Shown piece by piece: positions 1 through 9,956 of a stretch of DNA of 64,000 nt. Position numbers and translations under genes: made by a program. Under the pieces are notes generated by a model, which was given only the letters and a program-made list of their open reading frames with translations, was not told the origin of the DNA and did not search any database. This stretch comes from a virus: the IMG/VR virus record IMGVR_UViG_3300011115_000650; one strand, 5' to 3'. Numbering within the stretch: position 1 is the first letter of the stretch; every line of letters begins with the position of its first letter.

Positions 1-170
1 TCCTGATGACGTGCTTGACCTGTTGTAGTATCGCAGTAACCACCTTCTGTTAAACAAAGGATATCAAAATGTGTACCTGGGTGCTTTAGCACTGCACCTG
101 CCATGCTATATTCGGCATCATCCGGGTGAGGAGCTAAACATAATGCTCTATTAAAATTTAAAAACTTCAT
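1..170 (-). CDS. PIG-L/LmbE-family N-deacetylase (5' part; runs off window edge)
   Basis: Manual translation from ATG at 170: MKFLNFNRALCLAPHPDDAEYSMAGAVLKHPGTHFDILCLTEGG. The HPDD motif is typical of PIG-L. TAATG overlap with the upstream gene. Not in the ORF track. Confidence 0.85.
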   Translation of the reverse strand, partial: MKFLNFNRALCLAPHPDDAEYSMAGAVLKHPGTHFDILCLTEGGYCDTTTGQARHQ

Positions 171-1018
171 TATTTTCTTTTTAAGTTAAATAAAAATCCA
201 TGTGGTGCAAATAACCTTATACCGTATCTTCTTAGAAAATCTCTAAAAGCATCTGAGACTGTATCGTGTTCTCCTGTATAGGTGATTTTTTCCACGTTAA
301 TAGTTAGCTCATTTACTTTAATAAAAGGGTACTCCATTTCAAAGGTAAAATTCTCAACCTTGTAGTAAGAAATTAACTTTATAAATTCTTTTTTAATTGT
401 ATCAAATATACTGTGTTTGTCTTCTAGGGAAGGTTCTTCAACCATTTTAACTAGCTTTGCAGGAGCACCGACATAGATGCCTTTAGGTGTTGTTAGAGAC
501 TTAGTTACGGTAGCTTGAGCGCCAATGACTACATTATCTGTAATATCTACTCCACTCATAATAACTGTCTTCCATCCTACAATAACATTGTTACCTATTG
601 TAACTCCTTGAAATAATCTAGGGTAACCTTCTAAGACGGATGCCCAAAAGCCATGTGTAATAATATCTACATCGTGAGATAGTCCTACATCGTCTCCAAT
701 TGTGACTGGACAAGCTAGATTAATATGTCCTGTGTGACATACCACTCTATTACCTATTTTTAATTTAGCGTCAGGAAATCCTGCTGCTCCTCCTCCGATA
801 AACATTCCTCTCGAGTCGGTCGGAACATTAAAGAAATAATCTCCGATAATAATCTCTTCAGCATTAGCTCTAAATCGATCTCCTACTACACTATTAGCTC
901 CTATTTGAAACTTACCTCTAACTCTAATATCTATATCTCTACCGTATTTAAAATTATCTCCTAATATAATTTCACTACCTTCAATATGTACATTTTTTTC
1001 TTTATCTTCAAATACCAT
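170..1018 (-). CDS. Hexapeptide-repeat (LbH) acyltransferase
   Basis: VTIGDDVGL, VTIGNNVIVG and ITDNVVIGAQATVTK repeats; GAPAK motif. Confidence 0.85.
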   Translation of the reverse strand: MVFEDKEKNVHIEGSEIILGDNFKYGRDIDIRVRGKFQIGANSVVGDRFRANAEEIIIGDYFFNVPTDSRGMFIGGGAAGFPDAKLKIGNRVVCHTGHINLACPVTIGDDVGLSHDVDIITHGFWASVLEGYPRLFQGVTIGNNVIVGWKTVIMSGVDITDNVVIGAQATVTKSLTTPKGIYVGAPAKLVKMVEEPSLEDKHSIFDTIKKEFIKLISYYKVENFTFEMEYPFIKVNELTINVEKITYTGEHDTVSDAFRDFLRRYGIRLFAPHGFLFNLKRK

Positions 1019-1665
1019 TATATAATCCCTCCACTTATGTTAATATTCTGTCCAGTAATATACGAAGTTTTTATCAAATAATCAACTGTATTATAAAGCT
1101 CTTGAATACTTCCCCATCTTTTTGCTGGGATATTATTTTTGATAGTCTCTCTAAAAGACTCTGGAATTTTATAGGTCAGTCCTCCATCAAAGTATCCTAA
1201 CTGTAAACTATTACAAGTTACATTCTTTCCTATATTTTCTAATGCAACTGTTTTTGTAAAACTGTCTACAAATCCTTTACACCCTGAATATATACTTGTG
1301 CTTATAACTGGATGGTCTGCTAGTACTGATGAGAGTAATACAATTCTTCCATACTGTTTCTCTCTCATTTGAGGTAATGCACAAGAGGTTACGTTTATAG
1401 TTCCTTTGATATTAATATCAATTTGTTTTAGTACCTCAGAGTAACTATCTTCTGTATACTTATGTAAGAAACTATCGTAGTTATATCCACTTAAGTTAAT
1501 TAGTATATCAACTTCGTTCGTATTAAAAAATGACTGTACAGCAGCGTAATTAGTTACGTCTACATCTTTAGAACCTACTGCAATTATGCTATAGTGTTCT
1601 TTTAATAAGGGGACTAGTTGACTTCCTAACCCTCCTGTTCCTCCAAATAGTGTTATCGTTTTCAT
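1018..1665 (-). CDS. SDR oxidoreductase, FabG-like
   Basis: GGTGGLG Rossmann motif, YSGCK catalytic motif, C-terminal YITGQNINISGG. Confidence 0.88.
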   Translation of the reverse strand: MKTITLFGGTGGLGSQLVPLLKEHYSIIAVGSKDVDVTNYAAVQSFFNTNEVDILINLSGYNYDSFLHKYTEDSYSEVLKQIDINIKGTINVTSCALPQMREKQYGRIVLLSSVLADHPVISTSIYSGCKGFVDSFTKTVALENIGKNVTCNSLQLGYFDGGLTYKIPESFRETIKNNIPAKRWGSIQELYNTVDYLIKTSYITGQNINISGGII

Positions 1666-2348
1666 TTTATTTCAATTTTGCTAGACCAGTTACTACTCTC
1701 CCTATTCATATGTTGTATGTAGTGCTTCTCATCTTCTGGAAGATTTTCTGGATCATAGTAGAAAGGAGCATGTTTTACTATGTAAGGAGTTCCTACTCTT
1801 AATGTATCGTTACTCCAATCTGGCATAGTACCCGGTGCATGAACTGCAAATGTGGTATCTATAGGATGTGGATATAACCATATATCTCCATCTAATATAC
1901 CATTTGTCCAGTAATCAGATTCGTATCCGTGCACCCATTTGTTAAGTGGGTAGTTTAGATCAATATCATCTATCCTGATTGACATGCCTACTTTAGACTT
2001 ACTGTACTTAGTAGCATAGTTAATTAAATCTCCAATAAAGTTATCAGGTACTTGTTCCTCAGGAATTATATCACTGTCATTAAACACATACCAGTTCGAT
2101 ATTAGTTTTATAAATTTTGGATGGCCTGCCTGTACTAGTTGCAAAAAAGCTTTACTACTATTCGGAACGATATCGTTAACAAAGACATCGACTCCTGATA
2201 TTTTATACCAGTCTAATAACGGCTGATATGTAGATTGATTATCTATGATTACTATGTTGGTATAACCTTTTTTCTGTAGAATCTTCACCTGTTCTACTAG
2301 TGGATGTAACCTATCTCTGTTTAAAATGACTATTGGTGTATGTTTCAT
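1662..2348 (-). CDS. GT-A fold glycosyltransferase (GT2-like)
   Basis: IIDNQST motif, DSD (DxD), PIDTTFA. Confidence 0.75.
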   Translation of the reverse strand: MKHTPIVILNRDRLHPLVEQVKILQKKGYTNIVIIDNQSTYQPLLDWYKISGVDVFVNDIVPNSSKAFLQLVQAGHPKFIKLISNWYVFNDSDIIPEEQVPDNFIGDLINYATKYSKSKVGMSIRIDDIDLNYPLNKWVHGYESDYWTNGILDGDIWLYPHPIDTTFAVHAPGTMPDWSNDTLRVGTPYIVKHAPFYYDPENLPEDEKHYIQHMNRESSNWSSKIEIK

Positions 2349-2354
2349 ATTAAT

Positions 2355-3293
2355 TTATTTTTTCCATTTAATAAGACCAGCTCCCCAGGTCCATCCTGAT
2401 CCAATTGATGCTAGTAACACTGTATCTCCATCTACTACTTTTCCTGACTTAACTAATGTATCTAATGCAATTGGAATAGACGCGGCAGCTGTATTAGCAT
2501 ACTTATCCATAACTGTAATTACTTTCTCAAAAGGAAGTCCTACTTTATCCGCAACAACTTCTAACATTTTTATCCCCGGTTGATGTGGAACTAAAAAAGC
2601 TACTTTGTCAATTGGTATGTTATTTGTTTGGAGTATATCGTTAATTGCAATTGGTAGATTATTGGTACCTGTTTCAAAAACTGCTTTACCATTCATTTTA
2701 AACTTACCTCCTATAGGAGTAGTAAAGGCTTCTTTACCTCTTCCATCTGAATAGATCTTTGTAGTTATCCATCCTTCATCTGATTTAGATAATACAACTG
2801 CTCCAGCTCCGTCTCCAAAGTATACACAATCCCTACTCTCCTTATTTGTAATTTTAGAATACGTTTCAGAAGCTATGAGTAAGATATTTCTATATGCTCC
2901 AGCTTCTATGAGAGGAGTTGCTATATTTAATCCATATAAAAACCCTGAGCATACTGCATTAACATCGAAACTTGGACAGCTTACTTCTAACTTCTCTGCT
3001 ACAATACAAGCAGTCGATGGAGATATTCTATCTGGACTCGAAGTAGCTATTATCATAAGATCTATTTCATTCTTACCTAATCCTGAGTCTTCAATAGCTT
3101 TTAGAGCTGCTTTATAAGCTAAATCAGACGTTAGTTCGTTATTTGCTGACCATCTCCTCTCCTTTATTCCTAAATGATTTTCTGTCCACTTTGCATTCGC
3201 TCCATACCAAGTTTCTAACATTTCATTAGTTACAATTGCATCAGGCAGGTATGAACCAATTCCAGCAATATTTACGTTATATTTTTTACTCAT
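2355..3293 (-). CDS. fabH: 3-oxoacyl-ACP synthase III (FabH-like)
   Basis: AVCSGF catalytic Cys, FGDGAGA, PHQP, YANTAAASIP. Confidence 0.93.
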   Translation of the reverse strand: MSKKYNVNIAGIGSYLPDAIVTNEMLETWYGANAKWTENHLGIKERRWSANNELTSDLAYKAALKAIEDSGLGKNEIDLMIIATSSPDRISPSTACIVAEKLEVSCPSFDVNAVCSGFLYGLNIATPLIEAGAYRNILLIASETYSKITNKESRDCVYFGDGAGAVVLSKSDEGWITTKIYSDGRGKEAFTTPIGGKFKMNGKAVFETGTNNLPIAINDILQTNNIPIDKVAFLVPHQPGIKMLEVVADKVGLPFEKVITVMDKYANTAAASIPIALDTLVKSGKVVDGDTVLLASIGSGWTWGAGLIKWKK

Positions 3294-3294
3294 A

Positions 3295-4146
3295 TTAATA
3301 CTGTGCTATCATTCCGTATTCATCAAATATAGGCATTTTCCCCCATTTCTCCAACCATTTAGTAGTATTTTTTTCTTCTGCTTTTTTTTGTCTTTGAGAT
3401 GATTGACCTCCATTTTCTTCTAATCTATGAGAACCTCTTGCTCCAAAGTGCCATACTATAGAACTAAGTGGTAGTACAAACCTAACCCCATGCTGTAACA
3501 TTCTTAAAAATAAATCCATATCGTCCCAAGACGTCGGAGCAAATCTAGGATCGTTACCTCCTACTTCATTCCACACAGACTTTTTAACCAGTCCTGATAC
3601 TCCTTCTCCTTTTGGAATTTCAAAGTATTCATTTATCTCTTTAAATTCTTCGATCCAATTCTCAAATGCTTGAGCTAAAAAGCTATCATGATAACATCCG
3701 AAAATATCTTTGCTTACTATAGTGGTTCCCGGTCTCTGAGGAGATCCAAACATATCCGGTTCTATTCTATATGAATTAACCCATAACTTTTCTTCTGGAT
3801 ATGCTTGATGTATCTTTAGCAATTCAATATCCCAGTCCTTAGTGACATAAAAATCTGAATGAAGAAAATTAATATATTCGGTCTCTACTCTTTCAGCACA
3901 GAAATTCATTCCCCCTCCAATTCCTTTCGGTAAATCTGTATGAATATCTATATAATGTGTGATATTGTAGGCTTTTGCATTTTCTACTAACCATTCATTC
4001 GTACCATCAGTACAATTTTCAGCATGTATAATAAAAGAAGCGTCTTTAAAGTAGCTGTTCTTTCTTACCGACTCTACTGCTAATTTTAGATACGGTAGGT
4101 TATTATATGTTGATATACAATGTGTTACCGGGTTAGAAGGTACCAT
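3295..4146 (-). CDS. GT2 glycosyltransferase
   Basis: ISTYN, CTDGT, HSD, VGGNDPRF...WDDMDL. Confidence 0.85.
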   Translation of the reverse strand: MVPSNPVTHCISTYNNLPYLKLAVESVRKNSYFKDASFIIHAENCTDGTNEWLVENAKAYNITHYIDIHTDLPKGIGGGMNFCAERVETEYINFLHSDFYVTKDWDIELLKIHQAYPEEKLWVNSYRIEPDMFGSPQRPGTTIVSKDIFGCYHDSFLAQAFENWIEEFKEINEYFEIPKGEGVSGLVKKSVWNEVGGNDPRFAPTSWDDMDLFLRMLQHGVRFVLPLSSIVWHFGARGSHRLEENGGQSSQRQKKAEEKNTTKWLEKWGKMPIFDEYGMIAQY

Positions 4147-4768
4147 AATAGTTATTTTGTTTTTCTTGTCTTTGAATTGTCTTAGGATGAATTAAATCTA
4201 ATCCATGATAGGTTGGAAATACTTCTCCTAATAGTAACTCAGTAGATTGTAATCTCTCATGCACCCTACCATACCATTGAATATCTTTCCTATTCTTACA
4301 TAACCTGGTTTGATAGTCTGGATAGTTGATCCAGTTTTTATCGTTTAGATTCCATCCCCATTTCTTAATATGTTCATGAGTTATACCTTCTACTGTATTG
4401 ATTCTTGGTATCAAGAATACATCGTGGTTAGGATTAAGGTCTAAGATCTCAGGAAGATTCCCTAGTAAGTCTTTTCCTAAATACTCATCAGCATCTATGA
4501 AAAAGATATAATCCCTTGTACAATGATTCTTTAGATTGTTTTTAAATGTAGCAAAGTCTCCATTTAGTCCAAAGTATATTCTATGGTATTCGTATTTACT
4601 ACCTACGTTGTATTTAACCGCTACCTCTTTTACTTCTTCGGTAGCAGTATTATCTAATTGAACTACTATTTCATCTTCGGGTCTAATATGTTCGTTTAAT
4701 TGGTCTAGTAGCCGTTCTAGTTCTTGATGTTCATTACAGGCCGTAATTGCATAACTGATTGATGGCAT
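4133..4768 (-). CDS. GT2 glycosyltransferase
   Basis: ITACNE, FIDADE, YPDYQTRL, VHE. Confidence 0.88.
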   Translation of the reverse strand: MPSISYAITACNEHQELERLLDQLNEHIRPEDEIVVQLDNTATEEVKEVAVKYNVGSKYEYHRIYFGLNGDFATFKNNLKNHCTRDYIFFIDADEYLGKDLLGNLPEILDLNPNHDVFLIPRINTVEGITHEHIKKWGWNLNDKNWINYPDYQTRLCKNRKDIQWYGRVHERLQSTELLLGEVFPTYHGLDLIHPKTIQRQEKQNNYYGTF

Positions 4769-4771
4769 AGA

Positions 4772-5236
4772 TTACTTCTTTTTAGATTCTTGTACGTCAA
4801 AAAATCCAATATAGCCTAGAGCTTCTATGAAATCTTTACCGAAGAACTTCATCGTCGAAGCATCTGATTTAAACTTGATGCCTTTATTGGCTAGTTGTTT
4901 CTTTTCTTCTGTGGTTAGTTTTCTAACCTGTATACCACACCACTCTACTAATCCTGATTGAGGACTGATGCCTAAAAAGACTGTACCCTTCTCAGGGAGG
5001 TTAATTGTGTTGGGGTACCAGATCCTCCCCTCTTCATCGATATGTTTGATGTCTTTGTATAACTCCGGTAGAGTTTCTTCGTAAGCCTCTATATCAAATT
5101 CGTCTACAGTCTGAGCATCAGTGGTTGAACACCCACAGCTAAAACAGTAGTAGCTGAATAAGGTTTCGTTGAGGGGGGACTTATAACAAGCATCCCCCTG
5201 GCATTTTGGACATAATATTAATGTATCTTTTTCCAT
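4772..5236 (-). CDS. Hypothetical protein with N-terminal Zn ribbon
   Basis: CPKC...CFSC; co-oriented in the operon. Confidence 0.7.
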   Translation of the reverse strand: MEKDTLILCPKCQGDACYKSPLNETLFSYYCFSCGCSTTDAQTVDEFDIEAYEETLPELYKDIKHIDEEGRIWYPNTINLPEKGTVFLGISPQSGLVEWCGIQVRKLTTEEKKQLANKGIKFKSDASTMKFFGKDFIEALGYIGFFDVQESKKK

Positions 5237-5237
5237 G

Positions 5238-6545
5238 TTAATCTATCTTTTTCAATTTTGGTAGTTCGATCTTCTTTAGAGTCGGTAGTTTTAAGATTAC
5301 AGGTTTAGTAAACTTCTCTTCTACGATCTTACCCAATACTTCGGTCATAGCCTCTAGAGAGAATTCAGTCTTGGCTTTGTGTGCCTGTCTTTTACCTGAG
5401 GTCTCAAACTTCTTATAATCATCAAATACCGTCTTCCACATTCCTTTTAGTGCTATGTCATCGACTTGGAACCAACTCGACTCCTTAATCAACATATTCG
5501 GTACTACAGAAGAAGGATGTAGTGGGTGTAGCTGGCCAGGCAATAAAAAGCTAAATTGCGGATCAAGGAAATCCAGCTGACCAGACCACCCTGAAGCGAT
5601 GACCAATTTCTTAGATTGTGTAAATTCTAATAATGGTCTTCCGTATCCCTCTCCTTTTGTAATAGATACCATCGCTCTTACCTTTGGATGATTATATAAA
5701 TCATTCATATCCTTATCATCCACCTCTCCATGTAGTACGTAGATTGAAGGTAGATCACCTTTAATAGACTTCCTGATGATGTCTATCTTTCTTAGTATCT
5801 CATCTCGGTCCATTATCGAAGCACCTGCTTGAGAGGTCTTTAGTACTAATGCCGGTCTAGATTTCTTATTCTTATATGCTTCCAGGAATGATTTAATCAT
5901 ATAGCCTACATTCTTTCTATCATGACCAATCTCTCCTTGCATCCAATGCCCTACGAATAGAAAGCAGAAATCCTCTTTTATATTATCTAATGTATGGACT
6001 AATTCTGTCTTTTCCAACTTTTCTTGATAGAAATATTTTGTTACGTCTAATCCTTCAAACAATACTTCAACCGGTTTCTCTAACTTAACCTGCTTTATAG
6101 GCTGGCCGTTCTGGTCCTGGATTGTAAAGTTAGCTTCTTGGAATACTTTTTGGGCATGCTTAGAAGATACTAGGGTTAGATTCATTCTATTTATACCCTC
6201 CACCCATGATGGGTCACAGATCGTAGTCTCAATACCTGCTGTCAGGCCTAGATTAAAGGTCTTACCTACGGGTTGGAATTCATTAGGTACAGTAATCTGT
6301 ATCCAATACTCAGGCTGTTTAGGTAATTGGTTACCTTGTAGGATTAGAGGTTGCATCCATCCCCATTCCTCTTTATTCTTTTCTATAAAATTCCATGGAG
6401 TCGCTCCCCATCTCTGAGATAGTATCTTAATCTCCCATTCCTCTTTCTTTAATGTGTAGAGTGCTTTAATGAAATCTCTACTACGTGCACCATACCCAGA
6501 ATAAGTATCTGGGCAGGCTGATATAACGCATAACGGTTTGTTCAT
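5238..6545 (-). CDS. GT4-like (GT-B) glycosyltransferase
   Basis: SGYG N-terminus; GEGYGRPLLE...SGWSGQLDF. Confidence 0.88.
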   Translation of the reverse strand: MNKPLCVISACPDTYSGYGARSRDFIKALYTLKKEEWEIKILSQRWGATPWNFIEKNKEEWGWMQPLILQGNQLPKQPEYWIQITVPNEFQPVGKTFNLGLTAGIETTICDPSWVEGINRMNLTLVSSKHAQKVFQEANFTIQDQNGQPIKQVKLEKPVEVLFEGLDVTKYFYQEKLEKTELVHTLDNIKEDFCFLFVGHWMQGEIGHDRKNVGYMIKSFLEAYKNKKSRPALVLKTSQAGASIMDRDEILRKIDIIRKSIKGDLPSIYVLHGEVDDKDMNDLYNHPKVRAMVSITKGEGYGRPLLEFTQSKKLVIASGWSGQLDFLDPQFSFLLPGQLHPLHPSSVVPNMLIKESSWFQVDDIALKGMWKTVFDDYKKFETSGKRQAHKAKTEFSLEAMTEVLGKIVEEKFTKPVILKLPTLKKIELPKLKKID

Positions 6546-6688
6546 ATTTTTAATGTTTTTACTTTTATTAGATTGATGAGTTCTTCAAAGGTACCTACAG
6601 TTTCAACCTCTTCATCTTTTATTTCAATACCGTACTTAGATTCAATAAGCTGTAGTATTTCAATTTTGTATACTATATTCTCTTCCAT
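6542..6688 (-). CDS. Truncated acyl-carrier-protein-like peptide (48 aa), no DSL serine
   Basis: Manual translation MEENIVYKIEILQLIESKYGIEIKDEEVETVGTFEELINLIKVKTLKI resembles ACP helices II-IV. ATGA overlap with the next gene. Confidence 0.6.
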   Translation of the reverse strand: MEENIVYKIEILQLIESKYGIEIKDEEVETVGTFEELINLIKVKTLKI

Positions 6689-6703
6689 ACCTATAGTAAT
6701 TAC

Positions 6704-8146
6704 CTAATAAGTTAGTTTGTGTCTGATTTGTTTTTTAGGTATATCTTTTACTTCGATGAATTGGAAGCTTGGACGAGGTTTAAACGTTGTAAATGTCTCT
6801 TCTAGAGTCTCGATAACATTCTCACACATATGAGGTGATGTCATCTTGGCTTCAGAGGACATAACCCATTCTCTCCCTTTCATTCCCTTTGATTCTCTAA
6901 TGCTTTTAGGTAGGTTGTACACTTGTTCTATTGCTTGAGCTACCTCTCTAAAATCACATCTATCATCGAAAATATAAGGTGTAGGTACCGAACCTACTAG
7001 TGATAGATTTGAAGGGAAGACCGGTACCGCCCACTCACCACACTTCTTATAAGTACCGAAGTGATTGGAACAAAAGTTTTCGTCGAAGTCTATCCAATTA
7101 CCCTCCTCATCTTCAAACCTCATCTGATCTTGCATACCACCGGTTACGTTACCGATGATCATAGTACCTGTGATTAGAGATTCGGTTAGAGATAATCCCC
7201 ATCCTTCATTCGAAGATATCAAAGCAGTAACATCAGCTAGATTGTATAGGTAGTTCATCTCCTGTACCCCGTACACCTTATCGGTTATTACAACGTTACA
7301 GAGTTCTGGATCACATAATAGGTCTTTGACTGCAAGTAGATCGGTTCCATTCTCGTCTACCGGTTGGGTGTGTAGTAGTAGGACACATTTCTTAGCCTTC
7401 TCCTCACCAATCTTTTCACAAAACTGTCTATAAGCTAGTATTAGATCGGAGGTAGATTTCCTACGTATGTTTCTTGCATTATAAAATACTACATACTCGT
7501 AATCCTTCTCTCCGAATACAGTCTTTTTGAAGGCCGTAAACCGGTCGTTTTGTTCCTTATCTGTCTTATCGATAGGATAGAAGTGTTTTGGATTAATACC
7601 ATGTGGTATATACCTCAATACCTTCCCCTCTTGTTTAGGTCCTAGGACTAGCTTATTAATGTTTAGGGTCTGTTTTGAAATCGCCATCAAAGCATCACAA
7701 GATTCATAGTAGGGTTCATTATAGAGAGGTGCTGGTAGATCATCCCAGATGTTTAGATAGATCATCGGGATCTTTCTTCTAATCTCATTCTCCATCTGAA
7801 ACAACCATATCCAGTATCTTGGATCGGTGAAGAACATAATAGCATCTGGTTTCTCTATATCTATCAATTGACGGATAACTTCTGGAGAACCATACCCATT
7901 GTGTGGATACATGATGATTGAAGAATCTTCGATGTCGTTATGACCATTAGTGTCTAGGGAGAGATCTAGTCTCTTACCATGCTCGGGGTGATTAATGCCC
8001 GCTCCTAGATTAACCCAATTAAATCGGTGTGAGGTTCCGACCACGATCTCTCTTGCCATGGTAGCGATTCCAGATTGCATTCTGATATCGTCAGATAGTA
8101 ATAAGATCTTCTTACGTTGTTGTTGAGGTATGTACCCTGCTTTCAT
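6704..8146 (-). CDS. GT4-like (GT-B) glycosyltransferase
   Basis: ARNIRRK, NEGWGLSLTES, TGGMQDQ. Confidence 0.88.
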   Translation of the reverse strand: MKAGYIPQQQRKKILLLSDDIRMQSGIATMAREIVVGTSHRFNWVNLGAGINHPEHGKRLDLSLDTNGHNDIEDSSIIMYPHNGYGSPEVIRQLIDIEKPDAIMFFTDPRYWIWLFQMENEIRRKIPMIYLNIWDDLPAPLYNEPYYESCDALMAISKQTLNINKLVLGPKQEGKVLRYIPHGINPKHFYPIDKTDKEQNDRFTAFKKTVFGEKDYEYVVFYNARNIRRKSTSDLILAYRQFCEKIGEEKAKKCVLLLHTQPVDENGTDLLAVKDLLCDPELCNVVITDKVYGVQEMNYLYNLADVTALISSNEGWGLSLTESLITGTMIIGNVTGGMQDQMRFEDEEGNWIDFDENFCSNHFGTYKKCGEWAVPVFPSNLSLVGSVPTPYIFDDRCDFREVAQAIEQVYNLPKSIRESKGMKGREWVMSSEAKMTSPHMCENVIETLEETFTTFKPRPSFQFIEVKDIPKKQIRHKLTY

Positions 8147-8183
8147 TTATGTGTAACTTTAGTTTAGTGTTGTAAGGGGGGTT

Positions 8184-8375
8184 TTAAATGCTACCGGTAT
8201 AATAGGTATTCAAAGTATTGTTGATCATAGACCTGAATTCAGGATCTGTGACATACAAGTACATCGACCTATCGGTTAGCTTTTGTAGGGATAGCTTTGT
8301 TCTTACACAAGCTACCTTAAAATCGTCAAATAGCTGTGTATTGACTTTTACCGAGGTTAGTTGTTGTTCTTTCAT
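8184..8375 (-). CDS. Small hypothetical protein, possibly ribbon-helix-helix DNA-binding
   Basis: LTSVKV strand followed by two predicted helices; ATATTTAT-type motif upstream. Confidence 0.5.
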   Translation of the reverse strand: MKEQQLTSVKVNTQLFDDFKVACVRTKLSLQKLTDRSMYLYVTDPEFRSMINNTLNTYYTGSI

Positions 8376-8445
8376 TGTTAAATGTATTATCTATATTTAT
8401 AAATATATAGATGTACACCTAAACAACCTGCTTTCTTAAATAAAA

Positions 8446-9393
8446 TTATGATTCTTTTTTGACCGCTACCGGACCTTTATCACAGAATTCTGTATGGTTG
8501 AAGCTACAAAAATTGCAGAGCGGTCCAGGTTTAGCTTCATACTCCCTATCGGTCTTATACTTACCGTCTGGTGTGAAGACTTCGTTGATGAAGGCGATAA
8601 AATCTTCGTAAGCTTGTCTGAGTTTGATCTTACCGTTTGCGGGTTGGAATTGTTGGATCCTTGGTATTGGAAATTCTGCTGATTCGAATACCTTTCTCTT
8701 TACGATAAAAAATTCAACATGAATCTTCTCTTCCGGTACTCCGGTTAGTTCGGAGAAGAACTTCTTGTATAGTATGATTTGGTTTAGCTTGGTTTGATCC
8801 TTCTTCTCAAAATCTGACCAGCCTTTAGTAGAGGTTTTAATATCGTAGATTGTATATCTATCTAGGATACTATCGTAGAGTACAAAATCGATATGGCCTC
8901 TAAAGAAAACATTGTCTATCCCTGTATTAGCCTTTAAAATAACGGGGATCTCTATTCCTATTAGTTCTGTATCACGTTTGGTAAAATAACTGCTTCTCCT
9001 CTTTCTAAACCAGTTTAAGATAGTTATACCGTCTTGATAGAATTCTACTAATTCTTCAGGAGTGGAGAAGTGTACACCCTTACAATCTTTGACTGCTTTC
9101 TTGTACACCTCTCTAAATCTCTCCTTAAAGAAATCTTCTATATCGATTCTATCGGCTGCTGCTCCAGATTCTTCAAACATCGTCTTAAGGTATTCCTGTA
9201 ACGTTTCATGAATCGCAGTACCAAAGGTAGTATGAATGGAAGGCTTGAAATCCTGCTTCTTCATAATATAGTTCAAAGACCACTGATGAGGACAGTGACG
9301 GTAGGCAGAGTATTGGCTATAAGATACAGTCTTCTGAAATCTATAATCTACCTCTACCTTTGGTATCTTGATTCGGTTAGTTTTTTTGGCCAT
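8446..9393 (-). CDS. PD-(D/E)XK Cas4/RecB-like exonuclease
   Basis: SYSQ..Y..CP, GTAIH, GHID, DIKTS, Q..Y, C-terminal CxxC...C. Confidence 0.88.
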   Translation of the reverse strand: MAKKTNRIKIPKVEVDYRFQKTVSYSQYSAYRHCPHQWSLNYIMKKQDFKPSIHTTFGTAIHETLQEYLKTMFEESGAAADRIDIEDFFKERFREVYKKAVKDCKGVHFSTPEELVEFYQDGITILNWFRKRRSSYFTKRDTELIGIEIPVILKANTGIDNVFFRGHIDFVLYDSILDRYTIYDIKTSTKGWSDFEKKDQTKLNQIILYKKFFSELTGVPEEKIHVEFFIVKRKVFESAEFPIPRIQQFQPANGKIKLRQAYEDFIAFINEVFTPDGKYKTDREYEAKPGPLCNFCSFNHTEFCDKGPVAVKKES

Positions 9394-9661
9394 ACAGTCG
9401 TCTTATAATGTCTCCTAATTCTCTATCGTTAGGTGTTTTTGTAACTAGGTCTTGGATTGTGTTTAGGGTCGTGATTTCCTTTTTAAGGTATTGAGCCAGA
9501 TCGAGGGCTTCTTCATAGGCATGCTGTAACATATTCTGATGATTATTATCACCTAATGTAGTACCGTACTTAAGTAGCCCTCTATCTGCTCTCGATTTTA
9601 GATCCTCCATCACCGACGTTGTAATAGGGTCTTTTGGTTTTTCTATATAGCTGTTATCCAT
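9377..9661 (-). CDS. Small helical protein, possibly all-alpha nucleotide pyrophosphatase-like
   Basis: R...G..KYGT.L...LQHAYEEALDLAQY pattern common in phages. Confidence 0.5.
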   Translation of the reverse strand: MDNSYIEKPKDPITTSVMEDLKSRADRGLLKYGTTLGDNNHQNMLQHAYEEALDLAQYLKKEITTLNTIQDLVTKTPNDRELGDIIRRLYGQKN

Positions 9662-9683
9662 TATAATGGTTTGATGAGAGGGG

Positions 9684-9953
9684 CTAGAGGTATCTAAACC
9701 TTGCCCCTATTTTTAGAATTGTTTCTTCTTCTTCCTGGGTCAGTTGATTCCATCTACCAGATATACTTGATAGGTGTTCTTCAAATATCTTCTCACCGGC
9801 AGACATTCTAGAATGATCTACAAAGTTTTTCATTTCCAGGTCTCCGTTTTCTATTAAAGCTTCTATTAGCTTTTTAATATCCTCTGAATCGCATTCGTAT
9901 AGAAAATCATCTACGTCTATTTCTAGATCTTCGTTTACATCAAATCTTGGCAT
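9684..9953 (-). CDS. Hypothetical protein
   Basis: ORF track, co-oriented. Confidence 0.65.
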   Translation of the reverse strand: MPRFDVNEDLEIDVDDFLYECDSEDIKKLIEALIENGDLEMKNFVDHSRMSAGEKIFEEHLSSISGRWNQLTQEEEETILKIGARFRYL

Positions 9954-9956
9954 AAA

